The notes under the pieces were generated by a model that did not search any database, was not told the DNA's origin, and was given only the letters and a program-made list of their open reading frames with translations. Source: Promethearchaeum syntrophicum (lineage in GTDB: Archaea > Asgardarchaeota > Lokiarchaeia > Sigyniarchaeales > Promethearchaeaceae). Taken from it: 32,000 bases of DNA. Positions 17,011 through 26,377 of this stretch are shown piece by piece. The DNA lies in assembly GCF_008000775.2 (NCBI RefSeq), contig NZ_CP042905.2, positions 510,001 to 542,000 on the forward strand. Direction: 5' to 3'. The position numbers and the translations under genes are program-made. Position 1 is the first letter of the stretch. Each line of letters opens with the position of its first letter.

Positions 17011-18579
17011 AAAGGATTAATGATCATGCTTGTAATAATCGATCATGCAATCCCGACAAATGTTCGGGCCCAATGGGGTCATTCACTTTGGGAACGGATA
17101 TCAATTCCAGTATTTCTAATTATTATGGGATTTAATGCTGCCAATTCATTTAAAAGGAAAGACGTTCCTCTGTCTTCTTTCAAAACGTTTTTAAAATATT
17201 GTTTACATAAATTGAAAAGATATCTCATTCCATTTGCTTTACTCTATATAGTATCTCTGATTTTAGGATTGATTAACTATGGGAGTTGGGAATCACTGCT
17301 TCAAGGGCAATTTGATGGTCATTGGAATAGGAGTCTTCTTTGGTATTTCATCCTTCCATTTTATGGACCTGGAAATTGGTTTATACCGATTCTTTTTCAA
17401 TCCGTTATAATAGTACCATTTCTTTACTGGGGATATAAGAAATCGCCAAAAATTACTCTGGCTTTAAGTATTCTCTGGGAAATAGGAATGCAATATTTTA
17501 TATTTGTCTATTATGGTCATTGGACTGCGTGGTGGCCAAATGTACCTCTTGGAAGAACTATGCTCCAACTAAGTGTTCTTCTTTATCTGAATGCAATTGT
17601 AATTGGTTTTTGGATCGCAGATCATAAGAAAATATGCACACCTACTGAGATACCGGAAGAACTGAATCAAGAGATAACTCCAGATGAAATTCAAGATAAA
17701 TCTAAAGATGAAATTCAGGTGACAGTTCAAACAAGATCTCAAAAAGACAACGAAACAATAAAGAAAAAATTGCCCTATCATTTCTATATCGCCCTTATAG
17801 CTGTAATTCTTATTGCTGTGATTTTAATAGGACCTCAAATCCCTGTCGATGGAGCACCCCGATCAATCGGTTTGGCAATTTTATTTATCTTTATAGTTGT
17901 TGGACTATATACTTATCGCCCATTATTGGAATTTTTGATCATCTTACTTATTTCTTTAGTAATGGTTGTGGTGTTTTCGTTGACAATTGATTTTTATCAA
18001 AATAATGCATTTATTGCTGAAGATTTCTTATCAGTAGAAGCAAAAACGGAAATATTTTTCTTAAATATTGCGATTTTTATCCTGCCCTACATAGTGAATG
18101 CTTTCTATACTCCTAAAAATAAGAATTGGTTTATGTGGATTCTCTTTCTGATGAGTGGAACATATCTAATATATTATCAATATGGTTTTCGCTTTTTCTT
18201 GTTAACAGGGGATTACCACTTCTTTGTTTATCCGCATTCGGCTTTTATTGTCCTTCTCTTCTTGAAGATGATCCCCAAGAAGTCTAATTTTATTTTATTC
18301 AAGGGGTTTGCCTATGTTGGGAAAGCAACGTATCACATCTTACTCACACAGATCTTCGTTTATGGAATAATGCTGATGAATTTCGGAGAACATTATTTCC
18401 AAGGGACAGTCATGTTAAATTATCTTGATAATCCTTCGCAATATAATGCTGGAGCATGGATTTATGTTTTGGTTATGTGGCTGATTTGCATTCCGATTGG
18501 TGTTCTGTGGTATTTGATTGAAAAATTAGTATTCAGAAAAATTGCAGAATTGAAAAAAAGAGAAACGCTTAAACAATAA
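16939..18579 (+). CDS. Acyltransferase family 3-like multi-pass membrane protein
   Basis: IDILKGLMIMLVIIDHAIPT...ERISIPVFLIIMGFNAANSFKRK, then YGPGNWFIPILFQSVIIVPFLYWGY, with repeated TM helices and an internal charged loop. Confidence 0.8.
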   Translation: MMIETDLKLPEKKSSNNFLQIDILKGLMIMLVIIDHAIPTNVRAQWGHSLWERISIPVFLIIMGFNAANSFKRKDVPLSSFKTFLKYCLHKLKRYLIPFALLYIVSLILGLINYGSWESLLQGQFDGHWNRSLLWYFILPFYGPGNWFIPILFQSVIIVPFLYWGYKKSPKITLALSILWEIGMQYFIFVYYGHWTAWWPNVPLGRTMLQLSVLLYLNAIVIGFWIADHKKICTPTEIPEELNQEITPDEIQDKSKDEIQVTVQTRSQKDNETIKKKLPYHFYIALIAVILIAVILIGPQIPVDGAPRSIGLAILFIFIVVGLYTYRPLLEFLIILLISLVMVVVFSLTIDFYQNNAFIAEDFLSVEAKTEIFFLNIAIFILPYIVNAFYTPKNKNWFMWILFLMSGTYLIYYQYGFRFFLLTGDYHFFVYPHSAFIVLLFLKMIPKKSNFILFKGFAYVGKATYHILLTQIFVYGIMLMNFGEHYFQGTVMLNYLDNPSQYNAGAWIYVLVMWLICIPIGVLWYLIEKLVFRKIAELKKRETLKQ

Positions 18580-18624
18580 TCAAAATACAATTAAGATATA
18601 TGAGAGCTCGATTTTTTTTTCTTT

Positions 18625-18652
18625 TCTTCTTAATATAAGTTATATTAGAAGA
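18625..18652. terminator. Hairpin between convergent genes, possible bidirectional terminator
   Basis: TCTTCT-T-AATATA-AGT-TATATTAGAAGA forms an 11-12 bp stem with one bulged base, preceded by a T-run (18612-18620). Confidence 0.35.
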
Positions 18653-18659
18653 TTCTTCC

Positions 18660-18917
18660 TTAATCATCAAAATATTTCTTAAAACCACTAACAGCTTTCG
18701 AACCTTCATTAATAATTCCTATTGCAGCAGCCAGAAGAACAATTCCTACAAATAATAGGAACAGAAAAACCAAAGCTGCTGAGATCCATAGAGGGGATAA
18801 TACCCATAGCCACGACCACGTAATAACTTCCGTTAGTTTAAGAATTATGAAGATAATGGTTAAAGTCCCAGCGAGTCCTATTCCTCCAGAACTTTTTTTT
18901 TTGTTATTATTTCCCAT
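18660..18917 (-). CDS. Small membrane protein (85 aa) with two TM helices
   Basis: Two hydrophobic segments (GIGLAGTLTIIFIILKLTEVI and WISAALVFLFLLFVGIVLLAAAIGII) with a basic N-terminus. Confidence 0.55.
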   Translation of the reverse strand: MGNNNKKKSSGGIGLAGTLTIIFIILKLTEVITWSWLWVLSPLWISAALVFLFLLFVGIVLLAAAIGIINEGSKAVSGFKKYFDD

Positions 18918-19082
18918 ATTTCAATATTAAACTTTTTTTCTTATAAATCAAGGCTTGATTTTGATAAAAATGTATGATTAGAAATAAAATAGTGCGAAAA
19001 CGAATCTAATTTCAATAAAGATTCCATCAGAACGCTTTAAACCTTAAAAACTCGGGAAGTCGATATAAAATCAATAATAGTT

Positions 19083-19838
19083 TTATTTTTTTCCTTTAGC
19101 ATATAATACAGTTTTTCTAAAATAGAATTTTCCATTATGTTCAAATTTAGCAAGATATGATTCATTATCTAGATTATGAGCTATTTTATTGATTGAAATT
19201 ACAGCATTATTTTTCCAAAAATCTTCTATAGATTCATAAACTCGTTGATAATCTGTCAATTCTATTTGAATATCTTTAAATCCTGCATCTTGCATTAATA
19301 ATTGAAATCCTTGTTCATTTTCTTTGCTGTATCCAAGTGATTTAAGAGTGTTTTGTGTCATTTCTGCTACTATTTCAAAATCTTCTTGAAATTTCCAAGA
19401 ACTAAAAGCAATTCTTCCTTTAGGTTTAAGGACTCGATAGAGTTCTTTCATAATTAGATTATTTTGATCTTTGTATATATTATTATTTTCAAAATCGAAA
19501 TAATCATCAAAACCTAAAAATCCACAAATTATTACATCAAAAAAATTGTTCTCAAATTTTAATTCTGATGCATTCATTAATTCAACTCTTGCATTGGTTA
19601 TGGAATGTTTCATTAGTTCGCTTCTGGCTTTATGCACGCATTTTACGTTGATATCAATTCCATATAATTCCCCATTTGAACCAATCCTTTTTGCTAGAGG
19701 TATTAAACAATCACCCCATCCTGTTCCAATATCTAAAGCAATTGTAATCTCAGATAATTTAACACTATTTGCCAAGTGGAACCCAAAGACTTCCCAATAA
19801 TTCTCAGTTACTTTTTTCATTTTGTATTTTTTTTCCAT
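19083..19838 (-). CDS. Class I SAM-dependent methyltransferase
   Basis: IALDIGTGWGDCLIPLAKRIGSNGELYGIDIN, ASELKFENNFFDVIICGFLGFDD, and LKPKGRIAFSSWK are motifs I to III of class I methyltransferases. Confidence 0.88.
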   Translation of the reverse strand: MEKKYKMKKVTENYWEVFGFHLANSVKLSEITIALDIGTGWGDCLIPLAKRIGSNGELYGIDINVKCVHKARSELMKHSITNARVELMNASELKFENNFFDVIICGFLGFDDYFDFENNNIYKDQNNLIMKELYRVLKPKGRIAFSSWKFQEDFEIVAEMTQNTLKSLGYSKENEQGFQLLMQDAGFKDIQIELTDYQRVYESIEDFWKNNAVISINKIAHNLDNESYLAKFEHNGKFYFRKTVLYAKGKK

Positions 19839-20637
19839 GTTTCTTTCTTTTAATTTTTAAATATGTTTGGATAAAAAAACTCTTGTACAATTTAGCAATC
19901 CATCGATGTTTTCGCCCAGGAATAACAATCAATCGCTTTTTAGAAAGAGAAGAAATCGAATAATTCACAACTTCCTTTGTTGTCATCCACAACCACTTGG
20001 GTATTAGAGAAGAATCATAATCCGAAAGATGCCCTACCGAATGAAATTCTGTTCGAGTAAAACCAGGGCATAAAGCTTGTAATATAATATCAGATCCAGC
20101 CAAATCCCGTTCTAAATTTTCAGTAAAGGAAATTAAAAATGATTTTGTGGCACTATAAATAGCATTCCCACGTATAGGAGTAAATGCTCCTAAAGATGCT
20201 ACATTAATGATTACACCTAGATTCCTTTTTTGCATCGAAGGTATTAGAGCATGGCACAATCTAACAGCAGCATTAATATGAAGATTAATCATTTGAAAAT
20301 GTACATCTATTGAAACAGACGGAAAATCCCCTAATGTCCCAAAACCCGCTCCATTAACAAGAATATCAATAGATTCAAATTCTTTTATTTGTTCAATGGA
20401 TTTTCTCACATCTTCATCAAGCGATAAATCTGAAACGATGTATGATGCTTTTATCTTATACTTTTTCGATAATTCCGAGCAAATCTCTTCTAATTTATTA
20501 GCCCTTCTTGCAATAAGTATTAAATTAATGTGCATTTCTGCAAATCTATGAGCAAATTCTAAACCAATACCGCTTGAAGCTCCTGTAATTACAGCAGTTT
20601 TATAACTATTTAATCTAAAGGTAGGTTTTTCTTTCAT
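19804..20637 (-). CDS. Short-chain dehydrogenase/reductase (SDR family)
   Basis: AVITGASSGIGLEFAHRFAE (TGxxxGxG), DILVNGAGFG, GVIINVASLGAF, YSATKSFLISF (YxxxK), LCPGFTRTEF. Confidence 0.93.
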   Translation of the reverse strand: MKEKPTFRLNSYKTAVITGASSGIGLEFAHRFAEMHINLILIARRANKLEEICSELSKKYKIKASYIVSDLSLDEDVRKSIEQIKEFESIDILVNGAGFGTLGDFPSVSIDVHFQMINLHINAAVRLCHALIPSMQKRNLGVIINVASLGAFTPIRGNAIYSATKSFLISFTENLERDLAGSDIILQALCPGFTRTEFHSVGHLSDYDSSLIPKWLWMTTKEVVNYSISSLSKKRLIVIPGRKHRWIAKLYKSFFIQTYLKIKRKKHGKKIQNEKSN

Positions 20638-20872
20638 AGACTTTTAGAAATGCTATTTTAATTTAAAGGCTTTCAATATTTCTTCCAAAGGGATTCCTTT
20701 AAAATAAAAAAATCTACCTTGACGTGATCAATTAAATTACAAACTAAATTTATTGACATACATAGGTTTGGGGATGAATTTGAACAAAAAACGGATCAGA
20801 ACAAACAGAATCTGACTGAAAAAAAATAAAAAAAAATTAAACTATAAACCAGCATAGAAATTTATTTGCATT

Positions 20873-22675
20873 TTATTGTCTGTGTTTTTTGATTGTGTGT
20901 AAAATTACAGCAATTCCCAACCCAATGCTTGCAATTAACATCCCAATACTTGCACCTGGTATATCTAATCCGGTATTACCTTCGCAATTACCTATTTGGA
21001 ATGTTTTTACACTAGTTTCAATAACATCGGGAGTTGTATCGGTAAAGCGGAATTTGAACGTGTGTTCACCATTTGAAAAACCACCTTGTTCATATGTGAA
21101 ATTTACTCCAGTTTCCCAAGAACCAGCACCTTTAGTCATAGCAATCCACGTACCATTATCAATATTGATCTCGGTAGTCACCGTTAAGCCTTGAGATTGT
21201 TTAGCTGTTGCTGTAAACAGGAAAATATGGTTTTCATCTTCTGTACAATTTATATCCGCAGAACCATTACCTGAAAGGTCAGGAATGAAATCTAATCCTC
21301 CATATGTGCTAAATACGAAGATTGCACCATGGTCTGAATAACCCGTAACAGCTAAGTCTCCAAATCCATCCCCGCTTAAATCGTCTAATAATTCCAAATC
21401 GAAGACATCTATTGGTCCGCCATTCCATGAAGATCCGTATGGTGATCTCGCCCAGATTTTCGTTAAATTAGATCCATATACAACTCCTACTATACTATCT
21501 CCACCAACAGCGATTTCATTAATACCATCATCATCTAGATCCTCAACAATGAGTAAATCGTTAATGTCCCAGCCTCCCCAATCAGCAGTAAGAATCGTAT
21601 CACCAAATGTGGGGGAAGTAGTATTAATATCCCATACCATTATGATCCCATCACCGTTTCCAGTTATTATCGCTGTACTATTATACACCTCAACATCACG
21701 GAAGTATCCATTAGCATCGACGAATGAACCTAGTGTCGTACCATTAGCGCCATTTAGAAGAATTATTTTGCTTTTGGTAGTTACGACTACATCCTGTAAT
21801 CCATCAGAATTTTGGTCATCAACAGCAACTAGATCAGTTACTTCACTAGCATCCACATTTACATTCCATATTTCCCTGTTAGATGTATTGGTAGAAATTG
21901 CACTCACATTTGTATTCCACCCAAACACAATGTCATGTTTTGTAAGATCATCACCATCTAAATCTTCAATTTCGGTTATGGGTGTTTTAATATGATCATT
22001 TCTAAAGTTGGACCAAGTCCACGCATCTAGATCGTGTTTCCAATGCGTGGGTGAACCAGATTGAATATTATCCACTACATAGACATTCCCATCTAAGCAC
22101 AATCCGGCTACTTCTAAATCTGCAGGATCTGAGTCAAAATTCCCTAAGGTTAGAGCAATTACTTGTTCGTCAGTGTTTACTGTCCATTCTGGAACAAGTG
22201 CTCCGTCGCTTTTCGTTGGATTCACAAAAACTTGTTTGACAATTTTGCCATCGTCATCCATCGAGTTTCCTTCAGCATAAATAATTTCCATATTTCCATT
22301 GATTGGATTGAGAAACTTAACCATATCACGGACTATGTCTGCATCATTTATTCCGCCATTATCGCTATGATAGTCTGAAGGAAGGTGGTTGGTCATATTT
22401 GGCCAATAACCCTGAACGGCATACATTCCAGAATAGCGATCTGTACCTACCGCAACAAGATCTGTGATTGTGGGTGCCCCGTATGTATGAATTCCCATTA
22501 TACTTAAACCTATTGAATCTACCAATAAATGATTCTCAAACATAAGGTCGGGGACGCGCTGATTATGACCTTCAAGTAATATTGGAGATTCCAAAGCAGA
22601 AACAGATGAAAGGGGACTTGATAGCCTCAAGCAGTAAATAATAATTACGAAAAGTACAATCTTTTTTTTTTTCAT
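20873..22675 (-). CDS. Secreted/cell-surface protein with FG-GAP/VCBS-like beta-propeller repeats and C-terminal TM anchor
   Basis: N-terminal signal sequence (KKKIVLFVIIIYCLRLSSPLSSVSA). Ca-binding-like repeats (EDLDGDDLTKHDIVFGW, DDQNSDGLQDVVVTT, EDLDDDGINEIAVGG, DDLSGDGFGDLAVTG). C-terminal ASIGMLIASIGLGIAVILHTIKKHRQ. Confidence 0.85.
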   Translation of the reverse strand: MKKKKIVLFVIIIYCLRLSSPLSSVSALESPILLEGHNQRVPDLMFENHLLVDSIGLSIMGIHTYGAPTITDLVAVGTDRYSGMYAVQGYWPNMTNHLPSDYHSDNGGINDADIVRDMVKFLNPINGNMEIIYAEGNSMDDDGKIVKQVFVNPTKSDGALVPEWTVNTDEQVIALTLGNFDSDPADLEVAGLCLDGNVYVVDNIQSGSPTHWKHDLDAWTWSNFRNDHIKTPITEIEDLDGDDLTKHDIVFGWNTNVSAISTNTSNREIWNVNVDASEVTDLVAVDDQNSDGLQDVVVTTKSKIILLNGANGTTLGSFVDANGYFRDVEVYNSTAIITGNGDGIIMVWDINTTSPTFGDTILTADWGGWDINDLLIVEDLDDDGINEIAVGGDSIVGVVYGSNLTKIWARSPYGSSWNGGPIDVFDLELLDDLSGDGFGDLAVTGYSDHGAIFVFSTYGGLDFIPDLSGNGSADINCTEDENHIFLFTATAKQSQGLTVTTEINIDNGTWIAMTKGAGSWETGVNFTYEQGGFSNGEHTFKFRFTDTTPDVIETSVKTFQIGNCEGNTGLDIPGASIGMLIASIGLGIAVILHTIKKHRQ

Positions 22676-22975
22676 AAAAAATCACTATAATTTTGTTTGT
22701 TTTTCAATAAATAATTGGTTGGATCTTTAGTCCTCTCAATTATTCTATCTATGCCAAATTCTCCCTTTAAGTGTTTGTGAAGTTATTACGAAGACAAAAA
22801 TGTGAAAAATAATAAAAGGATGAATCTTTTTAAAAATATCGTGACATTTTTTATCTATTAAATTCCCCAACCAATGAAAAAAAGATTATGCCTGTACCCA
22901 AACCGGGATTAACAAAATGCGAAAAACTATTATTCCATTTCCATTTTAATATTTTTATAGATTTTAACCGAATAA

Positions 22976-24307
22976 ATGTGTTTTTTTATGTCTAAACTAA
23001 ATCAATTTTTGCAGATAAATAAATTACCAAAATCTCTACAAAAAATCTCGAGATTTTATGTTGTTATTACTATGATGCAATCTATCGCGTTTCACATAAC
23101 TGATACATTCTTGGTTCTTTACTTGCTAGAAACCCATACTTGGGCTCAAGTTAGTATTATTTTCTCCGTTCAAATGGTCACTCAACTTATATTTGACTAT
23201 CCTACAGGTATCTTAGGAGATTGGATTGGTCAAAAGAAAATTCTGTTAAGTGCATTTCTATTCCTTTCAAGTGCAAATCTCTGCATTCTTCTTTCAGAAT
23301 CATTTGTAGTTTATGTGCTTTTTGGAATTTTATCGGGATTAGGAAATTCTCAATTTTCTGGGGCCTTAGATGCTTGGTATGATTCGCAATATACAAGGCA
23401 TTGCAGTCAAATTGATCCAAGTCGTAAAATTTATGGATTATTTCAAGGAAGGGTTTATTCTCTCTATTTGGGGATCGCAGGTCTAAGTATTCTTGCAAGT
23501 GGTTTAATTGCGAATAACTTTTCAAGACAAATTTTATTTATTCTCCAAATTACGGTATATATAATTATGGCTGTGGGTATTGGGATAGGACTTAAATCTT
23601 CTTCAGAAGATACGAGCGAAATTTTCAAAAATTATAATGGAAAAATACCCGATCAAGAACCCAAAGAGAATTATTTCTCTATATTACTTAAGGGATTAAA
23701 ATTTGTTTTTTCACAGAAAAAAATGTGGCTTTTCTTTTTCGGCATAGCAATTTATAATGCTTTTTTGGATTCAGTGTGGACAAAACTCATTCTTTTCCCA
23801 TTATATAATCAATACGCTCTATCAGATACTTTAACAGGTGTGATCCGTTGGGTAAATCTTACGATTGATGTCTTTTTAGTTGGAATTCTTGCAAAATATA
23901 GTTCTCAAACACAGAAAAAAGAAATGGGATATATCCTATCACTAGCTGGAATGCTCGTTTGTCTTATATTTGTGAGTCTTTTCTATATTTTATTACCTCC
24001 CACTGAAATTTTCATCTTTGGTAGGTATTTTGGAATATGGTTGATTTCTCTGTTAATGGCTACTCCTTATCGATTAACTTGGCTTTTTTATTCTCGAATT
24101 ATTATCGACTTGGTTCCAAATCAGATTCGAAATTCGATTTATTCATTCATTCCATCATTAATACTTTTATTAGCAATTCCAGCGAATATGCTTGGTGGTT
24201 TTATAATTGATGGCTATGGATTCGTAGCTGGCATTTTGTTAGTGGTTGGATTTGCTACTATTGGAGTTCTCTTCCAACTATATTCCTTTAAATTAAAGAA
24301 AACATAA
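22976..24307 (+). CDS. Major facilitator superfamily transporter
   Basis: 12-TM-like hydrophobicity and a loop 2-3 motif FDYPTGILGDWIGQKKIL. Confidence 0.85.
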   Translation: MCFFMSKLNQFLQINKLPKSLQKISRFYVVITMMQSIAFHITDTFLVLYLLETHTWAQVSIIFSVQMVTQLIFDYPTGILGDWIGQKKILLSAFLFLSSANLCILLSESFVVYVLFGILSGLGNSQFSGALDAWYDSQYTRHCSQIDPSRKIYGLFQGRVYSLYLGIAGLSILASGLIANNFSRQILFILQITVYIIMAVGIGIGLKSSSEDTSEIFKNYNGKIPDQEPKENYFSILLKGLKFVFSQKKMWLFFFGIAIYNAFLDSVWTKLILFPLYNQYALSDTLTGVIRWVNLTIDVFLVGILAKYSSQTQKKEMGYILSLAGMLVCLIFVSLFYILLPPTEIFIFGRYFGIWLISLLMATPYRLTWLFYSRIIIDLVPNQIRNSIYSFIPSLILLLAIPANMLGGFIIDGYGFVAGILLVVGFATIGVLFQLYSFKLKKT

Positions 24308-24356
24308 ATTTTCGAAAGGAAAACCAAGAAATAAAAAAAAAAAAAATGGTTATCCC

Positions 24357-25592
24357 CTAATCATGTAAATATTCTTCAGACACTGGGCTAAAAAAGCACC
24401 AGATAACTGAAACAAATCCTAATCCTAACAGAACTGCAACCATATTCATTTCAACTAGAATTCCAATGACAGGATTTAAGATCATTAACAAGAACATTCT
24501 TATCATTGAAACCGTAGAAAGCGTTGTGGCTCTTTGTTCAGATTGGATGTGTTTTTGCATATAGTTTTTCATCAATACAGGGCGCGAAAAACCCAACCCC
24601 ACAGTAATTAACATCCCAACTATTGTTATTAGTACATTATCGGAGATTCCGAATAGGATGTAACCGATTCCCATTCCGGCACCTGTAAATAATATTACTC
24701 TCTTTTTTGATCCGAACAGCTTTTCCATAGGAATGATCAGATTTAGCACAATGACTTGTATGAGCATCATTCCTGCATGAATCAGTCCGAAATATGATAT
24801 ATCTACGTTTAAAACCATCATTCTTCGTTGCCAGATCCATATTGCATAATACGCAATTACCGATAATAATACCATATCCACAATTAAACCGCGTAATCCT
24901 TTATTTTCCTTTATGTTTTTCCAACCTTTCTGGAAAATTTTCCAGGGTGATTCTTTTTTGGACAATTTATGTTTACTTGGTTCTTTTAAGAAGAAACTTA
25001 AACCAAATGCCAGGAACAATGGAATTGCAGATAATGTCATCGTTATTTTAAGTCCTCCTATTGAAGCAATTAAACCACCTGAAATTGTACCGATCATCAT
25101 TGCAATCAAACCGTAACTATTCAAGCGAGCAAATAATTTCTTAGATTCCTTTTCTCGACCTAATTCCAGTAAAGTATCATAAATTATGGCCTCATTGGCT
25201 CCGGAATTTAAAGCTAAAGCTACAGCCCATATAATTTCTCCAATTGCAAACACGTAAAATCTTGGATACATTACATAAACAATTACTGCAATCGCATTAG
25301 TAATGTAAGCCAGATTAAGACTTAATTTTCGACCAAACTTATCTGCAATTGTTCCAGTAGGAATTTCAAATAGAAATATTGCACCTGTGAAAATAGCCTC
25401 TAAAATCATTATTTCAGAGAAACTTATCCCTCCCCAGTCTTGAAAGAATGGGATCATCACTGAACCAAAGAAATGTATCCGCATTATTATATTTAGGGCA
25501 AATAATATCGGGATATTTCTTTGAAATGATTTTTTGTCATCTGACACCATTACATCTTCTAGTTCTTGTTCAACTATTTTAGTTTTTGACAT
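24357..25592 (-). CDS. Major facilitator superfamily transporter
   Basis: 12-TM-like hydrophobicity and the motif FEIPTGTIADKFGRKLSL. Confidence 0.87.
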   Translation of the reverse strand: MSKTKIVEQELEDVMVSDDKKSFQRNIPILFALNIIMRIHFFGSVMIPFFQDWGGISFSEIMILEAIFTGAIFLFEIPTGTIADKFGRKLSLNLAYITNAIAVIVYVMYPRFYVFAIGEIIWAVALALNSGANEAIIYDTLLELGREKESKKLFARLNSYGLIAMMIGTISGGLIASIGGLKITMTLSAIPLFLAFGLSFFLKEPSKHKLSKKESPWKIFQKGWKNIKENKGLRGLIVDMVLLSVIAYYAIWIWQRRMMVLNVDISYFGLIHAGMMLIQVIVLNLIIPMEKLFGSKKRVILFTGAGMGIGYILFGISDNVLITIVGMLITVGLGFSRPVLMKNYMQKHIQSEQRATTLSTVSMIRMFLLMILNPVIGILVEMNMVAVLLGLGFVSVIWCFFSPVSEEYLHD

Positions 25593-25620
25593 TTTTATCC
25601 CCTTTTTTTTTATTTTGGGT

Positions 25621-25680
25621 AGCCCCCGAACGGATTTGTACCGTTGGTTTATAATTTCTTTTTATTATAATGCGGGGACT
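25621..25680 (-). promoter_or_regulatory. Candidate structured 5' leader (three-way-junction fold) upstream of the MFS gene
   Basis: Closing stem AG(C)CCCCG(25621-25628)/CGGGG(A)CT(25673-25680). Hairpin AACGG(25629-25633)/CCGTT(25641-25645) with a 7-nt loop. Hairpin TTATAAT(25649-25655)/ATTATAA(25664-25670) with an 8-nt loop. Ends 28 nt from the MFS start codon. Confidence 0.35.
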
Positions 25681-25712
25681 CAGAAATTTTATGAATAAAT
25701 CATAAAAATTGA

Positions 25713-25934
25713 AGAATTCAGCAAGGACCTCTTAATGAAAAATTAAATAAGGTTCAACGAGTCTTCCCTGTTGATACAAAAACAAGGCAGTGGGGAGTCA
25801 CTGAATTATTCATCATATTTACAGGTGCATCTAAAATTCCAAGGAACCTGTTGAAGTATGGGATTTTTTTTTTCCAAATTTCTATGATAATATTTTTTTT
25901 CAATGATTTCACCAAGAACAACTATAAATTATAA
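25713..25934 (+). pseudogene. Start-less fragment resembling the N-terminus of a nucleobase:cation symporter-1/cytosine permease-like protein
   Basis: Frame gives RIQQGPLNEKLNKVQRVFPVDTKTRQWGVTELFIIFTGASKIPRNLLKYG, then low-complexity sequence and a stop. Not in the ORF track because no start codon is present. Confidence 0.3.
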
Positions 25935-26377
25935 GTTTTTATAGGTAGACGTCTTATTTAAAGTTAATTAATGGATGTTTGAAGTATTTGGATTAATCTA
26001 AATATCACTAGCAAGTGATAACTTAAATATTCTCAAAGAATTTTAATTATCAAATCATCTCTACTTCTAATGGAACACAATTTTAAGAATTGATTCTATC
26101 CGAAAAATTCAATATTCTGCGTCTGTCATGAATGTTGTATCAGAAAGAATCGAACGAAAAATGTTTATTCGATAATAATGTACATGGTATCTACTGCATG
26201 AGGGAGATTTTTAAGACAAAATCCCCTAGAAAATTGATTATTATTTGTGACGGACGCAGATGTAACCATGTTAAAAACACTGTATGTTTCTATAACTATA
26301 ATGTAAGAGATAGGTTAAAAATATAAATTTTACTAATTTATCAATATCTTCTTTTTTTCCCTTGTATTTTACAAGAT

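Noticed and set aside
20889-22378. Plus-strand ORFs antisense to the FG-GAP-like gene (20889..21194, 21549..21995, 22051..22239, 22163..22378)
   Set aside because: They lie within or across a strongly supported coding gene, and their Ser/Pro/Val-rich translations look like shadows of the Asp/Gly/Thr-rich sense strand.
25621-25680. Possible tRNA gene
   Set aside because: No D-arm or anticodon arm of correct size, no TTCRANY T-loop and only 60 nt. Kept only as a structured leader candidate.
26132-26326. 64-aa ORF with an ICDGRRC motif
   Set aside because: Briefly resembled a thioredoxin-like [2Fe-2S] ferredoxin motif, but the length, composition and lack of other motifs give no support.
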